Assembly: GCA_024679065.1 (NCBI GenBank)
Contig: JAGIQG010000011.1
Coordinates: forward strand, 31,434,001 to 31,498,000
Length of the DNA stretch: 64,000 nucleotides
Source of the DNA: Sphyrna mokarran
Lineage: Eukaryota
Direction: 5' to 3'
Below are positions 14,075 to 24,999 of the stretch, one piece after another; position 1 is the first letter of the stretch, and the number at the start of each line of letters is the position of its first letter. Under the pieces are notes generated by a model. That model was not told where the DNA came from and searched no databases. It worked only from the letters and a program-made list of their open reading frames with translations. The translations under genes and the position numbers were made by a program.

Positions 14075-14245
14075 CCCGCCATCCTGCAGGTGACTGCCCA
14101 GAGCGCGCACGCGCGCACCCTTAAGCGCGCTTCCGCCCGCTCCCGCGCGCGCCTAAGCAAGGGAAGGCTCTCTGTTGCGCCCCCGCTTCGCGCTCCCGCG
14201 CCCCCGCCTCGAGCTGACGGTGAGTGACAGGTGGGAGCGGCACGT
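14075..14245. promoter_or_regulatory. CpG island / GC-box promoter-like element
   Basis: Very dense CpG in an otherwise AT-rich sequence: GCGCGCACGCGCGC (NRF1-like), CCGCCC and CCCCGCC GC boxes, and CCCGCGCGCG. Confidence 0.75.
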
Positions 14246-14689
14246 GCTCATAATCCATGGCCAGCCCTCAATGCCACCATCCGACACATTGCACTCCCCC
14301 ATCTCCTTTGCTGCTCCTGCAACGCCTTCTCTGCTCATTGGCCGTTCTCATGTGGTGCCCTCAAAAAGGAAAGGCATCCATGGGCTATCAGGTTTGGTGT
14401 TTAGCATTTCCTAGTGCATTGCTGGCATTAGTGAAGTGAGTAAGCAACACGGTTGCTAAATTTAGATGTGTGTTGAAGAACCTTGCGAGATGGTCAATGC
14501 AGCCATGGTTTTTTTTGCTTCTGTCTTAAAGGGGACAGCGTTTGCAGCAATATCAGATACGTTCTTCTTGAAAAATTCCAAGTGTCGAAAAAGTCTGAAA
14601 ATGGGAGTAAATGGTGCCAATCTTTTTGGTACACTGACGTTGGACACTTAGTGCGATGAAAAGGCCTTAATGCGATTCTTGCCGGAATG

Positions 14690-15720
14690 GAGGCTTTAAG
14701 AATGTGATTCTCCCAAACTGTATGTCGTTAAGTGGAGGAGGGTGGGAAAAAACTCCAGATAAACATTAACGATGCACACAGTAATGGTCGGAATATGGCA
14801 CTCTGCACAGCAGCCCTATGCTTCACTGAGAGGGAGCTGAGACGGATTCTGGCTGTCATGGAGGAGAGAGAACAACCTTTTACTCCCAGGATGGCCCTAG
14901 GCCAGGGGACAGGCTGGCAATGCAGCATAAAAGGCAGTGGCACAGAGCACTAATGATGTGCTGGAAGAAAGTGAATGATCTAATTTGGACAGCAAGGATG
15001 AGCGTCCATCTTATCCTGACATAAATCCAGTCACACCAGCAATGTCCATGTCGATCTACTTCCTGACACCCCATGACCAGCACCTTCCTCCAACCCCTCT
15101 GGCACCTTCTTTAACAACCTCTGCATGTCAGGTCCATCCAGCTGCCTTGATGCACTGCACCCCTCTTTCACTCCTCCCCTTCTACCTCTGCAGGAGAAGA
15201 TGACCCATAACAAGAACAAAATGACAAAAAGTGGAGACAGGTGTGCATTCTCAATGCCTTCAAGGAGAGAGGCATGGAGCTGGAGGAAAGAACTGTGATC
15301 AACAATCAGGCCTGGATGCACCACAAAAGTGAGGAGCCACAAAACCTTCATTATTTGACCATCTCAAGTGAGTCACAATCTGTCCAGAACCTGCCCATTC
15401 TTTGAACTTATCCATGCATCGTGTTCCTCAGGAGACAACCTGGATGAGATAGGGCCATTAGAGATGGGTGCCACCCAACTTCTCCACCACCCCTCCCTCC
15501 CATCACTTCCTATCCATCTCCACCACCCTCCCCACCACCTCCCTCCTACCCCGCTCCATTCCCTCCTTTCCACTATGCTTCCACTTCCCTCCCCATCCAA
15601 GAGAGGGCTGAGGCCTCGGACATGGTCTGCTGAAGCCAAGGGGTCATCTGACCCCAAGCCAGGTGCCAGGCTATTGGGATCTGTTATCTAGAGGCTGCTA
15701 GAGATGCAGCAGCAGAGCCA
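14690..15720 (+). mobile_element. Degenerate Harbinger-type transposon carrying a Myb/SANT-like ORF remnant
   Basis: The fragments are CFTERELRRILAVMEERE, MCWKKVNDLIWTAR and, after a ctctgcag acceptor, EKMTHNKNKMTKSG. These resemble the Myb/SANT DNA-binding protein of PIF/Harbinger elements. The ORF is frameshifted and has intron-like C-rich spacers. Confidence 0.6.
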
Positions 15721-16419
15721 GGGTAATATTTCTTGAATCCTTGGTTTTATTTTTGGAACAAATAGTACATGTATATGTTGTGCATGCACTGACAAAATAG
15801 GCACAGGTAGGAAGAATACAGACAGCATTCATTGTATGAGGCAGAAAAATGTATCTGTACCACAATATGCCAGAAGTTTCATTCTTTTACAAACACTTTG
15901 CTCTTCGCCTTTCGATTTTCTGAATGTGCTCATGAAGTCAAAAAAAATGAAACACGTTTCTAATTTTGGAAATTTATGGCAATATCAAATAATTGCAGAT
16001 TAAATGTGTGCATGCATCTAAATGCTGAATAAAACTCATAACACTCAATTTCTAAATTATACTTTTAACTCAACCTCAAAAAATACTTCTTATTAATACT
16101 ATGTGAATACTTCAGGGTCTTATACGAATCATTCTTACACATCTTTCTAAGTGAGATTGCTAACTTATGCTAAATTATAGATAATCTTGTGCAGTAGACT
16201 TACAGCATGAGAAATTGGGTTCAGACTGCCGAATGCACATTACATAAGTTATTCCAGCCAATAAGGAAAAGAGACATTCATTTGTCAATCTTAACTGAAT
16301 TTGAATCTGACTTCCACCGTTAGATTGGTAGTGTGCCAATCCACTGGGCCATTATTCTTGATTGTGTACTCTTGAATACCTGTTGCTTTAGGCATGATTA
16401 GAATAACAAATAACAAATC

Positions 16420-17561
16420 TTGTCCGGCTGAGGGGATATAACAAGACAGCACAGATGGAAATTGTTCAGCTTTTTCTGCTGCCTAGCATATCTGTCCAGG
16501 TCTCACAACTGTAAGAAATTGCACTGAGAACACCACCTTGGTAGGTGCAGTTTGGTATTCTCAATCGTATTGCTGTTTTTCTACACTCTCTAATTCAGCC
16601 TGGACATAATAGCTGCAGTGTTTGCAATGTGTGTGTTGACTTCAGCATCAAGTGATAGATTGGCTGGTAATTAATGATATAAGAAATCTAACAATCTGCA
16701 GTGTTACATTATCAATGCTGATAGATAATGGTATGACAACGTTCTGACTTTTGTCTTTCTGATGTTGATGGTCAAAGCAAATTCTTTACAGGTATGAGAA
16801 AGTCATTTGCCATTACATGTGTTCTTCAGTATGGAATGTTAGTGGGACATTGTAAACATAGAGCAATTCTCTGTTGTGGACCTGCACACACTTCTCTTGG
16901 ATCTCAGCCAAGTAAGAATCATAAAATCCTACAGTGCAGAAGGAAGCCATTTGGTCCATTGAATCTGCACCGACCATGATACCATCCAGTTCCTATCCCC
17001 ATAACCTTATTCATTTACCCCGGCTAGACCCCCTGGCACTAAGGGTCAATTTAACATGGCCAATTCACCTAACCCGCACATCTGTGGGAGGGAACCGGAG
17101 CACAACAGAGGAAACCCATGCAGGCATGGGGAGAACATGCAAACTCCACACAGACAACGACCCAACTGAGAATCAAATCCAGTCCCTGGCACAGTGAGGC
17201 AGCAGTGCTAACCATTTGTCACTGTGCCACCTAAGGCTGAACAACTTTCTGTCAGTTCTGGTATGTTAGTCGACACCCTCTGTAAATGACTTGAAGGCAT
17301 ATGATAACAGCAAAGAATTTGGCAAGGAAGGTTGATGTCAGAAAACAACTCTGTTTGATCGCTCTGCAGATTTCAAAGAGTTTCCATGTTGCCCATCAGG
17401 TCCATCACCCATCATGCTGTCATAGAAAACGATCACATTGAGCAGCTTTGGTGGGCAGCCAATTTAATCCAGCAACTCAAACTGACAAGCTCTTCTCATG
17501 GTTGAATGCCTTGGTGAGGCCTTTGAAGGTAATATATAGTCTTGTCCTCTAGTTCGAGGCA
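16420..17561 (-). mobile_element. RTE-clade LINE fragment (RT region), interrupted by a SINE
   Basis: The minus-strand degenerate translations are C.E..LYITFKGLTKAF, IGCPPKLLNVI, NLSLDAEVNT and YSCETWT..RQQKKLNNFHL. Confidence 0.7.
16916..17231 (-). mobile_element. HE1/V-SINE-type tRNA-derived SINE
   Basis: The reverse complement reads GGTGGCACAGTG..GGTTAGCACTGCTGCCTCAC..TGTGTGGAGTTTGCATGTTCTCCCC..GGGTTTCC..GGTTAGGTG, with a CR1-like tail. Confidence 0.8.
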
Positions 17562-18284
17562 AATATCATTGTAATAGAACCTGTCATTGAAGCCAAGTGC
17601 TTCACTTTCATTAGTTACAGAAGAGACCCAAATGAGAAGACTCTGAATGCACTAAGAATTTGAAGTCCAATAGATTGCTAGGCAGTGTGCGAGTGCCTAC
17701 AGTTATAACTTTGCCCGACCAACCAGCTATCCTTCAATGCAGGGAATGCTAGGGTCACATATTAAGAACCAAAAGGGCAGCAGTAGCAGCAAAGAGAATG
17801 TCTGCATTGAAATCAATGGCAGGGGAAGTCATCACTGATTGCATTGAACAGTTGGAGAGGTGAAACACTACCTTGAGTTGTACTCTAGGAAGTATACTGT
17901 TATCAAAGAAGTGCTAGCAACTGAGGAGAGTTTGCCTGTCATGGCAGAACTGAATGTTGAACTCATCACTCATGGGAAACGAACATTCTTGCAGCATTGC
18001 ATGAACTTTTTTGTCACTGTTATGGGATGGAGGGGGACGCAGCAATACCCCAGAATATTTACAATGCAAAAATTGTATGATCCTCTGCAAAAACAAGAGT
18101 GACCACAGCATTTGCAACAATATCAATGCATCTCCCTGCTGAGCAGCATTTGTCCGTGTTGCTGTTATTAAACTGCACAAGATTCTGATTGAACATATCT
18201 GCCCTGAATCCCAAGGTGCTTTTAGAGCTGTAAGATCCACAATTGATATGACCTTCTCACTCCAGCAGTTGCAAGAGAAATGCC
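17562..18284 (+). mobile_element. RTE LINE segment in inverted orientation (upstream part of the adjacent minus-strand copy)
   Basis: It translates as PVIEAK..YRRDPNEKTLNALR ... KILIEHICPESQGAFRAVRSTIDMTFSLQQLQEKC. Confidence 0.7.
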
Positions 18285-20029
18285 ATAACCTGATTATACA
18301 CTTAAGTTCTAATGAGGTTGAGCATACTCTAGTAAAGACATCAGTTAGTAAGTCAATGTGCAGCTCTGCCTGTCCTAGTTATCATGTTAGGATTTGACAG
18401 TGCAATGCAACAAATCCTTGTGCAAATTTGCACTGATACTGTATAACATTAGTTTTCTACATTAGGAGCAGCTCAACATTGGTACTAGCTGGAGGTTGCA
18501 ATAAAACAATTGTCACCTGGACTTACCTACATATCAGTGTTGATAGCATTAGATTTTAGGAGTGACGTCTAACGTACAATAATATTATAGTTCCAGACAT
18601 TATATATCAATTTTGTGAAAGCTATCAGTTTATTTTCAATTTGTTCATTCATTGGTCTGTTTTGTCTACATCTTCAAGTTCTTTTCTTTCCGCATAAGCA
18701 TCCTCTGTATTAGATCTATTGCTGAAGTATTTTTTCAAGTAAGTTCAGCAGTTAATTTAGTTCCCACAGTGCATGCAGCCAAACTGGAATTAAGCCCATT
18801 AGATCTAATAAAATAGTGCAACCAACTACAAACAATCCCCATAGCCACTCAACTCCCAGAATGGGTAAGTCTCAAGAACTGAAGATTCAGGGTCTTTGTG
18901 ATATGTAATGGCTATTTACTTAGGACATTGTTCCTAGACTTCGTGTAAATGGTTGTCAAGTTGAAGAAACAAAAATCTGCCTGCATAGATAAACCAATAA
19001 TTTTATTAACAGCTGTATTTTCAATATAGCTACAACACTTAAACATGAGAAACTATTCACCTAATGCACTCCATTTTTAAATAAAACATGATCATCTGCA
19101 GAAATAATACACAGTAGAATTCAGTGAGCTATTAATGTAAAATATTGTTTCTGAATAGAAACATAACTCCCAAACATTTCTAAAATTGTTCACATAGACA
19201 ATGTCATTAGAGAGTTGTCTTAAACTGGAATAGGACTAACAGTTAAAGATAACATTACTATATGGGAATGGAAATGCAACCAATTTATTTTTAATCTTAG
19301 AGAAACCCAATGAGAAGTGAAAGCCACCTAAAGAATATAAGAAAGCCCAATTCAAGAATTCATTGATTATTGTTCTTCTTTCCTCTTTCTGCAAGAATTG
19401 GTGATAGCTAGAGATTACAATAAAACATGACTGCCTGCAATTACCTTGAATCAGTGCTAAGATGCTACAGGGATTCAGAAACGACTTCCAGTCCACCATA
19501 ACATTATCAACCGTCAGACATTCTGATATACTCTTTATTACTAAACCTAAGAGTTAGTATTTTTATGATAGTATATTTTAAACTAATTACTTATTCAATA
19601 TAGTAGTAAATTGAATTTTAATATCGTTATTTACCTGGCTGCACTTTTGGTATGCTTCAAAAAAAATACAACTGAACTGGAAATCAGAACATCAAATAAA
19701 GTACTAACATGCAATAAAAAATACTTATTTATAGATACTTTGAAATTATCAGATATATTGTAAGTCACTAATTGGTACAGATTGTCTTTCACTCATATCA
19801 GTATACAAGACAAAAGTGAAATATTTTGATTTGCCTCTGGAATGCAGTGGATTGAGAACCCCTGAGGACAACTTATCAACTATAATTCCACTGCATTGTC
19901 AAAATATGTTCAAAAAGTGTTTAGTAGTTGGGAAAAAAACACTTCCTAAAATGGTGGAAAGGGAATAAAATGTAAAATATGACATGGGCATTATGTACCT
20001 AAAATATAACCAATGTTTCTTATTTATAT

Positions 20030-21704
20030 AAATCCAGGAAGTGCTGCAAATATTCATCAGATCTAGCAGCATCTGTGGAAAGAGATCAGAGTTAATGGGC
20101 TGGATTATCTGATCTCACCTGCAGCTGGAATTCTCCCAATCCTGCTGAAATTTGGATAAGTGCCATATTCTCCATTCTCGCTGGCCGCAGTGGAGAGGTG
20201 TGAATGACTGGAGAATTCTGGCCAATGTTTCAGCTTTTTGATTTTTCATCAAACTGGAAAAAGCTTGAAATGTAATAGTTTTTGAGCAAGTGATAGGGGA
20301 AACATTAGGTTAACACAAAAGGAAAGGTCTGTGATTGGGGGATGTCAGGAGAGATTAAATGACAAAAGGTTTCTTGGCACAAAACTAAAGAGATTGGGAC
20401 AAGTGAAGACTCACAAGATGTGTTTAGAAGAAGTGCAATCATTTGAATGCAAAATGAAAGAAACAAGAATGAAATGGAGATGTTACAATCCTGGATGAGT
20501 CCCATTTTGTTACGATCCCAGCTGGTTTGACACTGGACAAATCTAATTCCAAGGTGAAACCTGGCTTGATAGATCCTAACTTTTATTTTTTTAAACTGTG
20601 GAGGATCAATACTAAACATATTGAACTGAGTCTGCTCGTGTACTTTTAACACAAAGAATAAAATGTTTATTGAAGAAGAAAATGAACTATTATGCCAGAA
20701 AAATGGTTGGAAAGTTTTTAATACAAATAAGAAAGTTATTCAAATAGTCACAATTTCTTTACCCCAATTATATCTTTGCAGATATATTCAAATTTGTAAG
20801 TATAACATAACTTACAATATCCATCTTTATAGTTGAATACTGAAGGTAGGTATGTGGTACATGTGAATTAATGGGTGAACTGAGGTTGAACACACAACAC
20901 CCAAAATGAATGACAGATTCCACCAAAGTAAATTCCATGGATTTCTCATCAAAACATAGTCCTGATGCTATTGCACCCTGAATTAATTGGTCTCACTAAA
21001 ACTCTGTGATGGAGGATGATCCATTATATAATGAATCTATTGGGGTGAAAGGTGAGGAGAAATTCTATAAAGCTTCTTGGAGGGATGGAAAGAATGAGAG
21101 CAAAAGAGCATGAAGTAGCATGGAGATGGAGAAACTGTGAGAATGGCATAATGTTCTTCCAGGAAACTGGGTGTACCTGTAGGTGTCAGTGGGCTAATAG
21201 TGAGTATAAGTTGACAGCCTATCCCCAGAAATGGAGAGAGAGAAGTAGGGAAGGGAGAATTTTGAGGTGACCTTGAAGGTGAGAGAACCCAGCAGAGAAG
21301 CTTGTGCTTCTGTGCTGTGTTCTTTTTTGCTTTCATTTCTCTCTAATCTCCTTTATTTTACATTTGGATGGCAGTTATCCTGCCACTCAACTTCCTTTTA
21401 ACAAATATTTTGTTTTTTCACTTGTGCCTTTGGCCTTGCATCGTGAAATCTTTTGTCATTTAATTGCTCCTGCCCTCCACCAATCTTAGACCTTCACTTT
21501 GTTTCTTTTCCCAACACCAGCCTCCGTACCCCCACCATTTTGTAAATATCTTCCACTTGCTGAAAACTTATTATGTTGCTTTTTCCCAGTTTTGTGAAAG
21601 CTCTTGGCCTTGAAATGTCAAATTTATTTTTGTTTCCACAGATGCTGGGTATTTGCAGAATTTTCTATTTTTCAGATTTCCAGAACCTGCAATATTTTGC
21701 TTTT
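20030..21704. mobile_element. Penelope-like element with long inverted arms and nested insertions
   Basis: 20030-20480 is roughly the reverse complement of 21400-21704 (GCATCTGTGGAAA/TTTCCACAGATGC; TTAAATGACAAAAG/CTTTTGTCATTTAA). It is the same family as the copies at 2660 and 30430. Confidence 0.55.
20097..20223. mobile_element. Harbinger-type MITE with 3-bp TSD (AAT)
   Basis: The structure is AAT-GGGCTGGATTATCT...AGAATTCTGGCC-AAT. Removing it restores the host repeat GAGTTAATGTTTCAG. Confidence 0.6.
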
Positions 21705-22429
21705 GTCCAGCATGTATTTAATGCTTTTAAAATACAAAATTAAGGGATCTGTCATCCACACTAGGGGAAAATCATTGGCTAAGGAAATGGAAGAGCTATT
21801 GGAAGTGCTGGTATGAAAGGTCCATGCTGTGTCATATACTTCTGTCTTCACCCTTTTCCCTCCTGCTCCAAAACATGTTAGAGTTTCCTTACCCTTAACT
21901 TCCACCCTTCTTCATGGGATACAATCAGACAGAAAGGAATGCCAACTCAAAAAATAACATTGAGAAGAATGATCAAAAAATAATGGGGTTTTAAGGTGGA
22001 TATAAAAATAAAGGAAAATGAAGAAGAAGTTTAAATAGGTAACACAGAATTGTGGGGACTGATAGTGATGGCCCAGAGCGTATGTTTCTTCTGTATTGAA
22101 CATCTGTTATCACTGTAGAAGCCGATTCTTGAATGGCAATCCATTCCGCAACTGGCACAGATGAATAGTATTGGTCCAAGTTGGACTGATGTTTCTCCCT
22201 CTGGTGGAGTCTGTTTTCCATCATCTCATCATTTCTTTCATCTTCTACTTTTTCCATGCTCTTCCTGACTTTCTTCAGGCATTCTGTTCAAAAGCAAGGA
22301 CTTTCCATGCAACGATTCTGATCCCAATCAACTTCAAGTCTTGCTTGTGGATATCCTTATATTGCAGACATGGATGACCTACTGGTATTGTGTCAATAGC
22401 AAGCTTTCTGTAGTCTGTATCCATACTAA

Positions 22430-22637
22430 TCCGGTTTCCTCCCACAACCCACAGATGTGCTCTTAGGCTAATTGGCAGAACAAATTCTCCCTAAATTGTC
22501 TCAAATTTGGTTTCAATCCGTAGATCTATAAACATAGACAGGGATCACGGATAGAAGTGGGAACATCAAGGTGGTGACATGGGCTCGTTGGGCTGAAGGG
22601 CCTGTTTCCTGTGCTGTTTTGTTCTTTGTTCTTTGTA
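22430..22637 (+). mobile_element. HE1-like SINE 3' part
   Basis: It reads CCGGTTTCCTCCCACA..GGGCTGAAGGGCCTGTTTCCTGTGCTG with a (GTTCTTT)n tail, and is near-identical to the copies at 47855 and 52990. Confidence 0.7.
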
Positions 22638-22814
22638 ATCACATGACCTAGCCAACTGAGTTGTCATTGAAGCAAGAAGACAAAAATTCTGGGGATCTCT
22701 ACATACTGATGGACTTCCATACTTGACAGTCCATCTTGCCAGGAGATGCCCAATATTGTCTGAGGGAGCCAAAGTGGAAGGTGTTCAGCCGCATCTCTTG
22801 GCTTGCATTGGTTA

Positions 22815-23133
22815 TTCATGACTTAGTCCTCTAGAACAAGAGGGCACAACCTCAGGCTAAAGAGATGATCTTTTAAAACAGAGATGAGAAGGAATTCCTT
22901 CAGCCAGAGAGTGGTGAATCTGTGGAATCCTTTGCTGCAGAAGACTGTGGAGGCCAAGTCATTGAGTGTCTTTAAGACAAAGATAGATAGGTCCCTGATT
23001 GATAAGGGAATCAGAGGTTTCGGGGAAAAGGCAATGGGGATGAGAAAAAAAATCAGCCATGATTGAATGGCAGAGCAGACTCAATCAGCCGCATGGCCTA
23101 ATTCTGCTCCGATGCCTTATGATCTTATGGTCT
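22815..23133 (+). mobile_element. CR1 LINE 3' end
   Basis: It encodes MRRNSFSQRVVNLWN.L.QKTVEAKSLSVFKTKIDR, followed by a 3'UTR ending in a (CTTATG)n-like tail. Confidence 0.8.
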
Positions 23134-24142
23134 AAAGGAGAATGTTGAGAACACAAACAATGTAGACAAGGGGCTTTGTATTTTTATTTTATTTGCTGTC
23201 AGTCCACATTTGATGGCTTTGACAGAACAGATCTGCATCCTCGGCACCCTCATGCTGATTTTGGCATCAAGGGATAGGTTGCTGGTAATTGTTGATACAA
23301 AGTATGTGAAGCTGTTGGTGACCTCCAGAGTGAGGTGGTTAATGTTGATGGGAAGTGGAGTTTCTACATCCTGGCTCATAACTTTAGCCTCCTGGATTCT
23401 GACTGTCAGTTCAGACACCTTGCAAGTCCAGGAGAACCAATCTATAAGTTGTTGTAAGTGAATTTCAGTATGGAATGCCAGCATGTTGCCATCAGCAAAC
23501 AGCAACTCATGGACTAGGACAATTACACACTTTGGTCTTGGTGCATAATCTTGTCATGTTGAACAGCTTGCCATCAACTCAATACCTCAGAATTAATCCT
23601 TGAAGCTGGGGTGAATTTGATGCCCAGACATAGATACACTTGAGATTAACTTGGCTCATGTTGACAAAGAGTAAGAAGTTTCTCTAATCTTTCTGTGGAA
23701 GGTTAAATCATACTAATAGTAGAGATTTTGTTGCAAAATTCGACTCCGTGCTTGGGTGTTGCCTCTTAAGTGTTACCCAGTCAGAAGAACCTGTAGAGCA
23801 AGATTTTCCAGCTGGCAGGATCTTGCAGTCCTGCTAATGGTGACCTCCCATTGCAGGTGCCCCAGCAGCGGAGAGTGAAAACAACGGAAAGCCCAACTGA
23901 CAGCAGTGAGACCACAGAATCTTGACGCTGACCAATGATATGCTGTCTCTATTGTCACAAAACTGAAGGGGGATGGTCATGCATGCGAAATCCTGCCATA
24001 GTATTTCTCTTTAAAGGATCCACTTTGAGTAAACATAGCTTCTTGCATTGCAGCAATGTTCATGTTGAGCCATATAAATTGTTTTTTTTAATCACTGCTG
24101 TCTTGCATGCTGTAGGTTATTGGCAATGCTAGAATGGATGGT

Positions 24143-24792
24143 TGTGACGATACTGTGTTCTTAACATATTTTATGTTTCAGGGGAATTGCTTTGAGATTC
24201 ATTGTTTTGTTACAGTCAGTTTGTCAGAGAAGTATACACCAGGTGCTGGAAAGTATGAAACTTACTCAATTTAGCCATGTAATTATATATTTAGCTGAAG
24301 GCTTAATGAGGTTTTGGTTATCAAAGAAGATGTTTGATTAAAGTAATGGAAAGGTGAGTTAGGTATACAGGGTCATAAAGTCATGTGGTATTAGAAATGG
24401 AAGGAGCTAGGTTTGTAGCTGAGGGATATTTAAAGATAGCAGCCCTCAAGCAGCTATTTTTCTTTACAAAATTGCTCAGCCAACTCCAAAGTGATTAACA
24501 AAGGTCAAAGCAAGTATGACTTGATTTGCTAATTATTTTTAAAGTGGGGCTTAAATCGATAAGAGAAATATTGCTTGATTGGAACAGAATAATAATAAGC
24601 TAGTAGTTAAGAATTATTTCTTTTCATGTTTAAACATTGTTCAATTAACTTTCATTTTTTAGTGTTATACTTAAACTGTATTCAGAATAAAGCTTGTTTT
24701 GTTGAAAAGATCCCTAATTTATCAATGGAATTACTCCTGGACTAAAGCATCCTTTCCTCGCATTTTGTTGGGATTTAGTCTGGCTTCATAAT
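24143..24792 (+). mobile_element. Possible solo LTR
   Basis: It begins TGTGAC, contains AATAAA at about 24686 and ends ..GGCTTCATAA(T/C)A. The length and shape fit a solo LTR, but I confirmed no TSD. Confidence 0.3.
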
Positions 24793-24999
24793 ATGCCATG
24801 GTGGTTCTGATCTGGTGTCCACACATGGTTCTTATATTCCAAGTTGTGATACAAAAGACTGGTATCTTCTTCACTGGGTTTGCTGCATTGCTTAGTAAAT
24901 TGCCTGTCAAGAATTGATTTTCTAAGTTCCAAACACCCATTGAAGCAAATAGACTGTGTTGGGACAGCACTTAAATTAATTTCAGTGGGGCAAGAGGGC

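Larger units (their letters stand above)
22050..23580 (-). mobile_element. RTE-clade LINE 3' portion, degenerate, with nested SINE and CR1 pieces
   Basis: ORF 23125-23505 reads LFADG..HTEIHLQQLID.FS..EVTNSFTYFVSTITSNLSLD (RT YADD region). The C-terminal PVGHPCLQYKDIHKQDLK..W lies at about 22300-22385. Confidence 0.75.

Noticed and set aside
13897-14414. Overlapping Arg/Ala/Pro-rich ORFs at the CpG island
   Set aside because: These are an expected artefact of GC-rich sequence, with no recognisable domain.
16916-17231. tRNA genes suggested by A/B-box-like motifs (also at 37227, 37568, 39636 and 41004)
   Set aside because: They are tRNA-derived SINE heads continuing into V-domain and LINE-tail sequence, with no complete cloverleaf.
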